A DNA stretch of 64,000 nt, taken from Cetorhinus maximus. Its lineage: Eukaryota. The stretch covers positions 103,788,001 through 103,852,000 of the forward strand of contig NC_135891.1 in assembly GCF_964194155.1 (NCBI RefSeq), read 5' to 3'. Shown here in pieces: positions 26,635 through 39,858 of the stretch (position 1 is its first letter; each line of letters starts with the position of its first letter). Position numbers and translations under genes: made by a program. Under the pieces are notes generated by a model, which worked only from the letters and a program-made list of their open reading frames with translations, made no database searches and was not told the origin of the DNA.

Positions 26635-27115
26635 AATTAACTAGGAGCAGGAGTAGGCCATTCGGTCCCTCAAATGTGGTCGCCAGTCTGTAAAATCATG
26701 GTTGATCTGATTGTGGTCTTAACTCCACTTTCCTGCCTGTCTCCCATAACCTTTGACTCCCTTGTCAATCAAAGGTCTGTCTAATTCAGCCTTGAATATA
26801 TTCAATGACCCAGCCTCCACTGCTTGCTGGGAGACTACATTTCTCCTCACCTCCACCTTAAATGGAGCCCGCTTATTTTGAAACTGTGCCCCCCTAGTTC
26901 TAGATTCCCCAATGAGGGGAAACATCGTCCCAGCATCCACCCTGTCAAGCCCCCTCAGATTCTTATGTTTCAAAAATATCACCTCTCATTCTTCTAAACT
27001 CCAATGAGTATAGCCCCAGCCTGCTCAACCATTCCTCATAAGACAACCCCATCATCCCAGGAATCAGCTGAGTGAGCCTTCTCTGAACTACTCCCAATGC
27101 AAGTATATCACTCCT
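26635..27115 (-). mobile_element. CR1 LINE 3' fragment
   Basis: ORF 26719..26982 LRGLDRVDAGTMFPLIGESRTRG..SLNIFKAELDR. Confidence 0.9.
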
Positions 27116-28419
27116 CACCCTGCCCGTAGTAAAATCACAGCCTAAGCTGTGGTTGGTGACCCTCGAGTAATCGGGGACGCTACCTATGGTGAATAATTCA
27201 ATGTAGCACTGGCCATACAGAACTTGAGTTGCCCAGGGTCACTCCCCTGTCCAGGTTGAGGTTAGTAGTTCCCAGTCAGGGAATAATGGGAGGGAAGTTG
27301 GCTGGAACATTATAATTGACTTTTGCGCCCCTGGGAAAAGTCAGTCGGGTCTCCCCGATCCTACGCAGTGAACCCTACTGGAAAGTGTAGTGATGTGGTC
27401 GTCAGATAGAGAAAAAAAATTTGAGCTGACCTGTGATGCTTCCAATAGAGGAATAACCCATTGGCTCTCATTGCTTCAGCTTACATGCGAAATATTGAAG
27501 GGTTACTCACATTTGTTCAACCCTACTGCAGGCTGTGTCCAGAACGCTAAGTTGCCCCATTACTGCCACTGGTTCACCTGCCCCCCCCTCCTCGCGGGTC
27601 TTCTGCAATTCCCAATGATCAGACTGAACAAATTCACAGCTGTCCAGCTCATCCATGTCACAATTCTGGCTGAACCTAATGGATCTTTGTCTCTGTTACC
27701 ACAGTCGGAATCTGTCAGCTGTTTGCCCTTGCAGCCAATCAACACTTAACTTGTTCACACGCCAGGGAATGGCAATAACTAACATGCCTCTCCTTGAGGC
27801 ATGGAAATTATGAATTGACTGGCATAATTGACTGCAGTAAACAAGCTCTTCCTGACATCGGAAGACCTGACAATGAGTCATTTATGGCACAGAAGAAGGC
27901 CATTCAGCCCATTGAGTTCATGCTGGCCGGTACCTCCTGACAGAAGCAGAGGAAACTCTCTCAACATTGTGCCCTCAATATTAACAGCAGTGGAACCATT
28001 TCTCTTTCTACTCCACACGCACTCCCCCCCCACTTCCCCCAACGACAAATTGACCCTTACAGCTTCAGGAAACGAGGAGAAAAAATTGCAATAAAAAGAC
28101 TGGCGAAGATTAAAGAAGAAAAATGTCTTTTGCAAGAAACACCTAATATATATTATAATTTATTGAACAGTATAATAGCACCCCAGGGGGTAACCGAACA
28201 TTGGATTGTTCCATTTATAATACAGGGTAATATTTTCTGATGAGCAAAACTATGGACACTTATCTGCGGTATACTCATTGCCTGCTAATCTTAGCTAAGC
28301 AATTGTTAAACCGCATTAATCATACATATACAATCATGACTAGTCAGAGAATGAACGACTCACAGATTTGAACTCCAGTCGGTGGCATGACAGTGTTCAG
28401 CCTCACTTAAGATGTCACT

Positions 28420-29090
28420 AGTTCTCGCCGTCCTGCTTCCCAGCTCAAGCGTGAAATGACGCGCGTTGATGTCGGCTGAGCGCGGTGACATCAACGCGCA
28501 GTCGCGCGATAGTTTGGTTGGTGGGCGCATGCCGGAGCCGGCAGCACACCCGCCGACAATTAAATGGCCTGTTAAGGCCATTAAACGGTCAATTAACGTC
28601 AAGTTTTTGCTGCCCGTCCGAAAACACCAAGCGGCCTTTGCATTTTTTTTGGAAACCTCATCCGCGGGCAGGATGAGGTTTCCAAAAGCAAATAAAAATA
28701 AAATAAAAACTTTAATTTTTCATTGATAACATGTCCCTGCTCATGTGACAGAGTCACATGAGGGGACATGTTTTATGACATTTTAATTTTTAAAAAAAAG
28801 TTTTTTATACCCCTTTATCTCCCTGAGGCAGCGCTGTGCCTCAGGGAGATTATGAAGCGTCATTTGCGCGAATGCCTGAAGGTCACGCTCGCACCGCTCA
28901 CCCTCCTCCTCCACCCGCACAGGCAGCACTGAGCGTTGAGCGCTGCCACTCGCGTTTCACCCTGGGCGGGCCTTAATTGGCCCACCCAGCGTGAAATCGC
29001 CGTCCGGCCTCGATCGCGGGCGGTGGTCAGCTTCCCAACCGCTCCGGCCCGCCCCTGCCGAGCACCCCTGCCAAATGCAAAATTCTGCCC
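28420..29090 (+). mobile_element. GC-rich Harbinger-like MITE (left end eroded)
   Basis: Right terminus AAAATTCTGCCC. Perfect internal stems at 28461-28499, 28651-28683 and 28817-28850. Confidence 0.75.
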
Positions 29091-29831
29091 AATGGGAATT
29101 CTCAAATACCTTGATAGAAAAGTAAAATATTCCTGTCTGGAGCTCTTTCAACTGGGGAACTTCCCCTAGGTTACTGAGATTTCCATTATCATCTGAGTTT
29201 ATTTAAAGCCGTAACGAGTGGGAAAGGGCCTTCCATTAGATAGGAAGTAGGTTGAATCTGACAGTGAATGAGAGGGTGCACGGTGCCATAATCCAACCTT
29301 GACAGTGAGTCCTTGATTTTAACCTTGTGCCTCTCCCCAATGCTTGCCCACATGGAACGCATGGCCCATGACAACAGGGTTAAAATTGTATCAGCCTGCA
29401 ATTCATTGGCTTCCTGTCAATTTCTCATCCCATGCCATTTAAAACATTTTAGGCAGCAGGTGAAGGCCCCAATAACATGCAAAATGGGTCTGATGCCATT
29501 CAGATCCTGACATTCTATTAACCACAGGCCTCGTGACCTGCACACAGGGATGGGTACATTTGAAGGAGCTGGTATGAGGAGGCTGCAGGACCAGAGGAGA
29601 GGACAAGGGGCTGAGACTGATCTGTCCAGACACAGGGATCTCTGGATAATGGTACCGAGGCCCATTTTCCCCTGCCTTATGCAGCAGTTGGGGTGGGGTG
29701 GGGCTTTTGGGGCAGTGGGAGAGGGTGGGCTTGATTGAAGCTAATGGTACAATTCCTCCAATCGCTCCAGACTGAGGCCTAACTGGTCGGTATCACTCAT
29801 TTATACTGACTGGATAAAACCTCACAACCGT

Positions 29832-29959
29832 GGGTGGAATTTTACGGCCCTTCCTCCTGGTGGGATCTTCCGGCCCCGCTGAAGTCAATGGAGTTTTGGA
29901 CGGCTTGCCGCATTTTCTGGCCCCCATCCCTGCCATGATGAGGCTGTAAAATTCCACTC
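29832..29959. mobile_element. 128-bp MITE with 18-bp TIRs
   Basis: Left GGGTGGAATTTTACGGCC versus reverse complement of the right end GAGTGGAATTTTACAGCC (16/18). Confidence 0.7.
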
Positions 29960-30264
29960 AGCTGGGAGCTCTGCTGTGCTGAGGTATAATTCTAACGCTG
30001 CTGAAAAAGAATGAATCTTGTCCATTGATCCAGGGATTATTAAATATAAGTGAACTTGGGGAAATAAGTAAATGTTTCATGAGAAAGGCTGTTCGTCAGT
30101 CCTGGTTTGAATCCCCTTTACCTGTGCAGAGCTATAATGTCCCTGTCGTTGTGAGCCCCGAACTGCAGCATGTGCTACCCAATTGGAAGATTATGGCAGC
30201 ATTCTCATATGGGTGTAGACTAAAGGGCGTGGGCTACTGGTGGAGTTAGACAGTGATGCACAAT

Positions 30265-30590
30265 GACTTGTTTTTATATAGCACCTATAACATAGTAAAA
30301 TGTCTCAAGGTGCTTCACAGGAGTGTTATCAGACAATATTTGACACCGAGCCACATAAGTGGATATTAGGATAAGTGACCAAATGCTTGGTCAACGAAAG
30401 GTTTGAAGGAGTGTCTTAAAGGAGGTAGAGAGGCAGAGAAGTCTAGGGAGAGATGTCCAAGCTCAGGGCCTTGGCAGCTAAAGACCCAGGTGCCAGTGGT
30501 GGAGCGTGGCAAGTTGGGAATGGGCAGGACACCAGGTTTGGAGGGGTTTGGGGATTGTAGGGCTGGAGGAGATTACAGAGACAGGGAGAT
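30265..30590 (-). mobile_element. L2 LINE 3' fragment
   Basis: Tail TTTATATAGCACC..AAGGTGCTTCACAGG. Body similar to 14640-15000. Confidence 0.65.
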
Positions 30591-31142
30591 AGCAAAATGA
30601 AATGCTGTTCCTGTCTGCCACACAGGAGCGTTTTCCTGGGAAACAATTAAGTGAGAACAATAGGCTATTGTTATATTGTTATATTATTCCAATATGTTCA
30701 TGCACATTTATACATAAGCGTCCAGGTTGCACTACAATCTGTGATCAGAGTAATAATGTATCAGTCCACAATACATGGTGAGATCTGAGAAATACAGTAC
30801 AGTATTTGAGTCTAGGAGTATAATTATTTCAAATTTCTGGGAACATAGGAACTGGAGTAGGCTATTCAACCCGTTGACCCTGCTACCCTATTCAATTAGA
30901 TCATGGTTGATCACCTACCTCAATGCCACTTTCCCACACTATCTCCATATCCTTGATGTCATCAGTCTCCAGAAATCTATCAATTTCTGTCTTGAACATG
31001 CTCAATGATTGAGCTTCCACAGCTCTCTGGGGTAGAGAATTCCACAAGACATAACAGATATTTCAGTAGAATTCTGTTCCTATACATGCATTTTAGATTG
31101 AGGGAGCCCTGTGTGAAGGGAGAATAGATTTAACCATTAAGA

Positions 31143-32137
31143 TAAAAGCAAAAAACTGCGGATGCTGGAAATCCAAAACAAAAATAAAAATACCTGGAAA
31201 AGCTCAGCAGGTCTGGCAGCATCTGCGGAGAGGAACACATTTAACGTTTCGAGTCCGTATGACTCTTCAACAGAACTAAGTAAAAATAGAAGAGAGGTGA
31301 AATATAAGCTGGTTTAAGGGGGGTGGGGGGTGGGACAAGTAGAGCTGGATAGAGGGCCAGTGATAGGTGAAGATAACCAAAAGATGTCATAGACAAAAGG
31401 ACAAAGAGGTGTTAAAGGTGGCGATATTATCTAAGGAACGTGCTAATTAAGGGTAGAAAGCAGGACAAGCAAGGTACAGATAGCCCTAGTGGGGGTGGGG
31501 TGGGGTGAAGGAATCGAAATAGGCTAAAAGGTAGAGATAAAACAATGGATGGAAGTACATTTAAAAATAGTGGAAGTAGGTGGGAAAAGAAAAATCTGTA
31601 TAAATTATTGGGGGAAAAAAGGGGGGGATCGGAAAGGGGGTGGGGATGGAGGAGAGAGTTCATGATCTAAAATTGTTGAACTCAATATTCAGTCCGGAAG
31701 GCTGTAAAGTGCCTAGTCGGAAGATGAGGTGCTGTTCCTCCAGTTTGCGTTGAGCTTCACTGGAACATTGCAGCAGGCCAAGGATGGACATGTGAGCATG
31801 AGAGCAGGGTGGAGTGTTGAAATGGCAAGGGACAGGGAGGTCTGGGTCATGCTTGCGGACAGACCGAAGGTGTTCTGTAAAGTGGTCACCCAGTCTGCGT
31901 TTGATCTCTCCAATGTAGAGGAAATCGCATTGGGAGCAACGAATGCAGTGGACCAAATTGAGGGAAGTGCAAATGAAATGCTGCTTCACTTGAAAGGAGT
32001 GTTTGGGCCCTTGGATGGTGAGGAGAGGGGAAGTAAAGGGGCAGGTGTTGCACCTTCTGTGGTTGCATGGGAAGGTGCCGTAGGAGGGGGTTGAGGTGTA
32101 GGGGGTGATGGAGGAGTGGACCAGGGTGTCCCGGAGG
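31143..32137 (-). mobile_element. Penelope-like element 3' part: GIY-YIG endonuclease plus terminal repeat
   Basis: ORF 31660..31989 FICTSLNLVHCIRCSQCDFLYIGEIKRRLGDHFTEH..CHFN..RKLEEQHLIFRLGTLQPSGLN. Hammerhead-like terminus at about 31240-31280. Confidence 0.93.
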
Positions 32138-32769
32138 ATCGTTTTTTAATTTTTTTTTCCCCAATAATTTATATAGATTATATTTTCGGACGCAGGGCCG
32201 ACGTAACTTTACCCGTCAGTGTGCGGAGTCCACCCCGGCACACCGACAGGAAAGTTCCCCCCATAGTGAGTAATAAAAATTGTAGACAGCGCCATACTGT
32301 TATAAAATGTTAGGCCGAATGTCAGCCTCTGCCACTATAAACCTTATGAAATAATTTAGCTTAACTGAATTTGTAATCTGAAATTTAAAGGGACATATAG
32401 CTTTTAAAGGGATATATCTTTTCATCCAGTTTTAATTTTCCCTCAAGGCATTCTTCCCCCACACCCTTTCCATGAAGGTTTTAGACATTTGCTGTTGTAT
32501 GGTTCTATAGAGAATGGTAGACACTTACCAGGATTTTCTGGCCTTGTTGTGACAGGACCCGCTGCAGGAGATTCGGCCGCCCAGCCAAAATTCCACACTG
32601 ACATGGATAGCGACTCTCCACTTTTAAACCGGCCCAATTGTAGCTGTCCTGGTTGTGATCAGCAATTGTAATCAAAGCTGGGACCACCCTGGATGGTGAA
32701 GTGCTTTGGGACATCCTGAGGTCATACTAGACTTTGAATAAATTTTTTTCCTTCAATAGGATTTACACA

Positions 32770-34110
32770 GAAGCATCGGAACAGGGAGTTGACCATTTTG
32801 CCCCTTGAGCCTAGAGTTTCATCATTCAATGAAATCACGACTGGTCTGTGACTTGACTCCTTACACCTGTCTTTCCCCATATCCCTTAATATCTTCGGTT
32901 AACAAAAATCTATCAACCTCAGATATAAATTAACAATTGATCTAACATCAGTTGCCATTTGTGGAAGTGAGTTCCAAACTTCCACCGCTCTTTGGGCAGA
33001 GTTTAATGCCCTCCCCCCAGGCGAGTTTAGTGGCGGAGGACAGTTAATCAGGCAGGAGGGAGCCAGATGTGAATCCTGCCATCTTCCAAGCTCGCTCCCC
33101 AGCTAAGCCTGGGCGACAAGCTTGTGGTTGGCCTTCCCACCCTGACATCAACTGAGGCCCGGAAGTGTGCGATTAATGCCCACTTAAGGGGGGGGGTGTG
33201 GACAGTAGGGGGGGGGGGGTGCGTGACCCTCGTTGTTAGGCACCCAGTGCTTGATTGAGGAACCTGGCATCTGGGATGGGGAGGGGGAGGCCCACTGAGA
33301 GCCACACCCTGCCCTTTTTTCCCAGCCCTCAGGCATCCCCAGCCAGTGACCACCTCCCTGTAAACCATCCTGCCCTCACTCGTCTGTGGCCTGTGTCCCC
33401 CACTGATCCTGGGCTTCTGTTGGATACTTTGCCGGCAGCTATGGCCACACCCTCAGTAGCGCTGAGGGCAGTGAGGAACTGCTGGCCTCTGACTGGCCAT
33501 CAACTCTCGGGGGAGGGGGGCAGGATTTCCACTCCTGGCATCCTTGATCCCAGGGAAGACCCACTGTTGGACACTGAAATGCCTGACCTGCACTTAATAT
33601 GGTGGACCTTCCCCAAAGACGGTAACGCAGGTTTCTTGTCAGCTCTCCAGCCAGTGGACGAGACCCCCATTGCCTGAATTAAAGTCCACCCTTTGTGTGT
33701 GAAAGCGTTTCCTAATTAAACTTCTGAAAGGTCTGAGTCTAATTTTTAGACAATGCCTCCTAGTCCTAGACTTCCAGTGGAAATAGTTTCACTCTATATA
33801 CCCTATCTAGAAAACTTCAATCAAGTCACCCCTAACCTTCTAACTTGCAGGGAATGCAACCCTGGTTTGTGTATATAATGTCTCTGCTTAGCTTAATCCT
33901 TGGAGTCCAGCTATCATTCTGATAAATCAACGCTGCAGTTACTCCCCATGCCCGTCTAACCTTCCTGCACAGAACTATAGTCACAGTTCTCCACGCATGG
34001 TCTATCTGGAGTTTGTGCTGCTGAAGCATGGTTTCTACTCCTTGTATTGGAGTCCTTTAGATATAAAGGCCACAATCCCAATAGCTGATATGATTATTTT
34101 CTGTACCTGA
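32770..34110 (-). mobile_element. CR1 LINE 3' fragment split by a MITE
   Basis: CR1-like sequence resumes across the insert (TCCACCGCTCTTT / TTTGTGTGTGAAAGCGTTTCC). Confidence 0.8.
32994..33691. mobile_element. Harbinger-like MITE, different subfamily, with 3-bp TSD TTT
   Basis: TTT|GGGCAGAGTTTAAT ... ATTAAAGTCCACCC|TTT. Confidence 0.75.
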
Positions 34111-34656
34111 TACGTATTATAAAATTAAACAGTTTTTTTGTATGTTTTGTGAAGATGCTGCCTCCTTAACATTGCTTTGGTTTTGCTTCACGGGAACAAG
34201 TTCACACGTTTATGCGTAGATATGTTTCCCATTTAAAACTAGTGGATTTGAACCCTTAAATGGGTTCATACCACTTCCAAAAAGAGTAGTTATATTAACA
34301 CGTGGATTCATTAGTTTACCTCATGACCAACAACTCTCGTTCTGTTCCATCTCAAGAGGAACACATAGCTTGTTTATCACTGAAACAATGGGTCTTCTTG
34401 TATTTTGATGGTTTTGTGTAAAATGCAAACATAGCAGCTTACACAGTTCCCCACGTGTCACTCAACTGCACCTTAACTTTGCTGCTCCACAGAGAATAGG
34501 TTTCTTCCAAAAAAAAACAGGCAACATTTTTCTCCTTCACTTTAGGTAACTTTGCAAGTTTTCCTGTACTCTCCATCCTTAGAAGCATCAGGTAGTAGAT
34601 TAATGGTTACACCAGACCTTCCAGTCTGTCTTCTTCTTCAGCCTATGACCCAAGAC

Positions 34657-35110
34657 AGCTGTGGCTCAGTTGGTAGCACTCTCAGCTCTAGGTCAGAAGG
34701 TTATGGGTTAGTCCCACTCCAGATACTTGAGTGTAAAATCTAGGCTGAAACTCCAGTGCAATACTGCGGGAGTGTCGCACTGCTGCAGATGCTCTCCTTG
34801 GGATGAGATGTTAAACCGAGGCCCTGTCTGCCCCCTCAGGTGGATGTTAAAGATCCCATGACAGTGTTTTGAAGAAGAGCAAGGGATTTATCCCTGGTAT
34901 CCTGGTCTTATTCCTCAACTGACATCACAAAAAAAGGATTATCTGGTCATTAACACGTTGCTATTTGATGGAGCTTGTTGTGTTCAAATCGGTGTTGTGT
35001 TCCTTGCATTACAACAGCGACTAGACTTCAAAAAGTACTTCATTGGCAGTAAAGTGCTTTGGGACATCCGGTGATCATGAAAAATGCTATTTAAATCCAA
35101 GCCTTTCTTT
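34657..35110 (+). mobile_element. Deu-domain tRNA-SINE, full length
   Basis: A-box TGGCTCAGTTGG at 34662. Colinear with 23768-24200. Confidence 0.88.
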
Positions 35111-36244
35111 TCAAGTAGCCTTCTTTGTGAGACTGAAAATTAGTGTACATGAATATTTGGAAGTGGTGAGGATGGGCTTCAGAGCCAAGCCTCATCCTGT
35201 TCTCAGCTGATGTCTCTGTACACGATTTTGAGCAGGAATTACTGGATGGCATCCAGAAGTAGGAAGCCTGGCAGAAATGACCTCTTCCCAAGTTCAAAGC
35301 TGTTGAGGTCAGTCACAGTTATCATGACTACAGATTGAATTCAGTAGAGACTGGAATGGAGCCTGGGGACTTCTGGGTCTATGTGGCCTAGTTCCAAACT
35401 GGGCCATGTAATGACTTAATGAGCTATCATTGGAGGCTCCCATAAACCTGACTTTGAATTGTGCTGAGGCTGAAAGCTTTTCCCATCTCCATTTGGATCG
35501 TGAGAAACATTTTGGGCTTATGAAGCCTGAAAGTACTCAGGAACAGCAAAGTAAAAGGCCAGCATGATAGTTCTACTCGCAGCACTCAATCCCTATACTT
35601 AAGGAAGCATAAAAACGCTTAGATTTTTCAGCTGAGCAATGATTGCTTGGCCTGTTTGCGAAGTGTGCACTCAATGATAACATGTCGAACTCCTGCCTGA
35701 TGCAGCAATCGTCACAGGCAGGACAGACAATCTGACAGACCAGCTAAAGGTCAGTTGACTTTGGGCAAGAAATTGCATTTCTGCGATGGACTGGAAAACC
35801 CCGCCCATATTCATTGTGATGGTACAAAAGATACAGTACATGCAAGGCAATGTTGGGCAGATTTGATATTTGAAAGTTGTTGGGCATCAGTAGTGTTACA
35901 TGTCTACCTGGACTTTATTCCTGATAAACACATTCATAGAGAAACTGTGATTGGGAGCTTTCAGTTTGAAGACTATATTGGTGATAATGAGTCTAGTTTT
36001 TCATCCCTAGTCTGGGTTGATCATGCAAAACACACTTGACTTAATGTCTCCCATCTGGGTAGGAGAAAAACACTTAGTATTTTCTCTAATTGCTTTTTAA
36101 TGACTTCTATAGTGCAAAGTGCATGTGTGGATATTGGGTAAGGAGAGAATCTAATGTTTTCAATGGTTGAATACCCTGCTGATAGTGTTTAGACTGAGAG
36201 TAGCCAAAGCGCATGGAGGCTATTGCTGCCTGCAGGGTTGTACC

Positions 36245-36750
36245 ACAGCATGAGCACTTGAGAAAAGCCGTGAAGGCACCAGATAGAGTGCAGAAATGAT
36301 TTGTGAGAATGGTTCCAGGAATGAGGAACTTCAGTTCTGAAGATAGATTGGAGAAGTTGGGATTGTTTTCCTTGGAGAGGAGAAGGTTGAAAGGAGATTT
36401 GATAGAGGTATTAAAAATCATGAGGGTTCTGGACAGAGTAGATGGGGAGAAACTGTTCCGACTAGTGAAAGGATCGAGAATGGAAAAGTAATTGGCAAAA
36501 GAAGCAAAAGCGACATGAGAAAACCTTTCTCATGGTTAAGGTCTGGGGGAATGCCCTGCCTGAGAATGTGTTGGAGGCGGGTTCAAAACTGAAGCACTCA
36601 AAAGGGAATTAGACTGTTAACTGAAAAGGGAGAATGTGTAGGGTTACGGAGTAAAGGTGGGGAAATGGCACCAGGTGAGTTGTTTATTCGGAGAGCCGGT
36701 GCAGCCGTGATGTGCTGAATGGCCTTTCTCTGCACTGTGACAATACTGTG
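36245..36750 (+). mobile_element. CR1 LINE 3' fragment
   Basis: ORF 36303..36491 RLEKLGLFSLERRRLKGDLIEVLKIM. Confidence 0.88.
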
Positions 36751-37249
36751 AGTCAGTGCCTTAGGGATAGAGGGAAAAACAGGGAGAAGGAGTCTCTGAT
36801 TTGACCTGGAGAGAAATTTGTTCATATATCTCCCACTTTGAGTCATGAATTATAAAAGGGTAATGTCTTTATCATTTGAAACATTTTAAGGTCTACCATG
36901 TTTGGCCAGGGGCCATTAAACACAATCATGATGTTTTCAAAGTTGTGATAGGCCCTGACAGTATTCTTGCTAAAGATTCAGTGCTCAAGTGTCAAGGCTT
37001 TTAAAAAATTTTCTTGTGATCCTCAAAATGTTGTCTGCTCTTCCTATACTGGATACAGTTCCATAGGCACCAGCATCCCTGGGGTATTTCTTTTAAGGGC
37101 CTTTCATGTGTGTATCTGCACGGTAACTGTTAGAAGACTATTTGATTATGAAGTGCATCACAGCTGAATCTCACTATATCCACATGTGTACTTTCCAGAA
37201 AAGAGAAGGGGCGAGTCACGCAAGAATTAGGAACTGGACCATGACTCCA

Positions 37250-37825
37250 AGAATCATAGAAGCACAGGAGAAGGCCATTTGGCCCATCATACCTGTGCTG
37301 GCTCTTTGAAAGAGCAATCTAATTAGCCCCATTGCCCTGCACTTTTCCCAAAGCCCTGCAATTGTTTCCTATTCAGGTATTTGTCTAATTCCCTTCCGAA
37401 GCTGCTTCCATCATGCTTTTAGTTATTGCATTCCAGGCTGTAACAAGCTTCTGCATAAAAAAAGACTCTTGACTTCCCAGTTCTTTTGCCAATTATCTAA
37501 ATCTAAATCTAGTTACTGACCCTTCTGCCAGCGGAAACAATAGGCGGGATTTTCTGGTTCCACGCCCCCCTCCCCCCACACCATGAGGCCGGAAATTCCC
37601 ACTCGCAGTCCAGGGACCTTGTGCTAGTCTGGCAAATTTAACCTCCAGCCCGTGACAATTCCCGCGGGACCAGAAAATTTAGGCCAGTTTCTTTTAACAA
37701 AACCCCTCAGAATTTTGAACACCTCTATTCAACCTCCTTAACCTTCCCTGCTCGAAGGAGAACAATCCCAGCTTCTATAGGCTTTCCACATAATGGAAGC
37801 TCCTCATCCCTGGCATCATTCTAGC
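37250..37825 (-). mobile_element. CR1 3' fragment containing an approximately 140-bp MITE (37542-37685)
   Basis: CR1 tail AGGCCATTTGGCCCATC. The insert has inverted ends GATTTTCTGGTTCC / GGGACCAGAAAATT. Confidence 0.7.
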
Positions 37826-38224
37826 TCATTGTGATAAGGCCATCCCTATACAGTCCAGCTGCTGCCTTGACTGAGACATGTAACCTCAGCACAGACCTGA
37901 GAGCAAAACTGATGCTTTGAATCCTACAGAACAACAGCATATACATAAGGTTAATAAAAAGGAAATAAAATGCAAAGAAGATAGAAGAAAAATGGGACAA
38001 CACATGTTATACATATTTTATTTTTACATAAATTATGCTTAATCTAGTTTAAAATTAGCATCACAATAATCCTGAGGTTTGAGTAACTTTGAGTAAGTTA
38101 TTGTTCATCCCAGTGCAGGAACCGAGAATAAGGGAGCTCTCTGCAACTGGCAGGGGTCTGAAGGAGAAAATGCTGTAGATTTTAAATGAGTCTCATAATG
38201 CTACAATGCTAATGAAACAAAATA

Positions 38225-38612
38225 AAAAGTACATTTATATGATGCCTTTTCATGACCATTGGACATTCAAAGTGCTTTACAACCGATGCAGTACATTTGT
38301 GAAGTGTAGTCACTGTTGTAGGAAAAGCAGCAGCCAATTTACACGCAGGAAACTCCCACAAACAGCGATGTGCTCATGACCAGGTAATTTAGCCTTTTGT
38401 GATGTTGATTGAAGGATAGATGTTGGCCAGGACACCAGGGACAACCCCCTTGCCCTTCTCTGAGATAGTGCCATGGGATCTTTTACATTCACTTGAACAG
38501 GCAGATGGGCCCTTGGCTTAATGCATCATCCAAAAGAAAGCACTTCTGACAGTGTAGCACTCTCGCCATAGTGTAGTTCAGAGACAAGAGTGCTACTCGC
38601 TGAGCCACAGCT
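38225..38612 (-). mobile_element. Deu-domain tRNA-SINE
   Basis: Reverse-complement match: GTGCCATGGGATCTTTTAC, with head CTGAGCCACAGC. Confidence 0.85.
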
Positions 38613-39858
38613 AGCCTCCCTTTCTCAGGTAACCAAACAGGAAAAATAAGGGAAATACTGTACTTCGAAAAAAAGGTCAGCATCTGTGGAGAGAAAAGAC
38701 AAGTGATGGGGTATTTTTGGTGTGTATCTGTTACCAGAACAACCAGTTCTAATGAAAGGTGCTTACCCCAAACATCCTAACCCATCACTTTATTTCACAG
38801 TTGCTGACTGACCTGTTGGATATTTCTATTACCTTGTTTTATCCCGGCACTTGCAGTTTTTCTTTTCATTATAAAGAAAGGGTTGTTCATTTACTCACTT
38901 TATGTTTAATAAAGCAGTCAGGTGTCTATTTATGTTTATTAAATCAGTATTTACTGTTTCACAGAGGGGCTGCTCTCCCCATTCACTCTCTTCACTCCAC
39001 TCTCAGGAATATTACTCCAGTGTGGCACAGCTTTTAGCCTATGTCACCAGGTGACTCCGCATTCTTCCTAAAGTTGACCAGCAATTCAATATATCGTCAC
39101 CATGCTTCTGTCCTTTATATGACTCCACAGATCAGTGTAGTGTTCAATTGTTCTGTGTTTGAGTATCTGAGTCTAATTACAATTGATGCTCACTGTGCTT
39201 GATTAGTTAAACCTGGGTGTGGACTCAGAGAAAAGTAAACAAGCTGTAAAAAAGAGCTGGAGGTCAGACCTGAAGCATGGAGTAGACATTTTAAAACACT
39301 GTGAATACAATCCAACCCGTTACCCACGTAGAAACTAGTACCATCTCCACATAGATCCAAGATATAAAATATACAACCGTCAAAACAATGGCTTAGTCAT
39401 AATAGCTGAGGCTTGAGTTGCCTTCCTCTCCCACATCACGTACACATTATTTATTTGCGTAATAGTGACATGGGCGGAGAGCAAATCGATTTCTTCACTC
39501 GACATGGGGAAGTAAAGCAAAATTTATCTGTTTTCAGGAACCTTTAGAAATGCTTCACTGCTTCTGAAGAAATCGCTCACAAATTTCTTTCTAAATTCCT
39601 CTAGCGACAATATGGACAGGCCCCTCCCCCCCCCACTCCAGCACCCACCCCTTGCATCAGTTTAACCTCTGACTAACTATGAGGAACGCTATGAGAGATG
39701 GTTACTTTTAAAACACCTTAGTCTACCCACAACACTGTTGCAAACCGTCAGTTAAATCTGTGGGCATCGGTTTTAGGCTGGGGCATCGAGGTTAAATGGG
39801 GGTCACGACCCTGCACTGCAACAGTCACCCACCTGTGGTTTTCTCTGAATTGGCCAAA

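Noticed and set aside
28063-28189. Exon-like segment reading FRKRGEKIAIKRLAKIKEEKCLLQE.. reminiscent of kinase subdomains II-III
   Set aside because: The second half is low-complexity AT-rich DNA, there is no Gly-rich loop or HRD/DFG exon in the window, and the donor is mediocre. Probably chance.
33187-33219. Poly-G runs (also 49921-49939) as special G-quadruplex elements
   Set aside because: They are expanded homopolymers within MITE copies and prone to sequencing error. No independent support.
34657-34730. tRNA-like A/B-box heads here and at 23768, 63720 and 6081
   Set aside because: They continue into SINE bodies and lack a full cloverleaf. Not tRNA genes.
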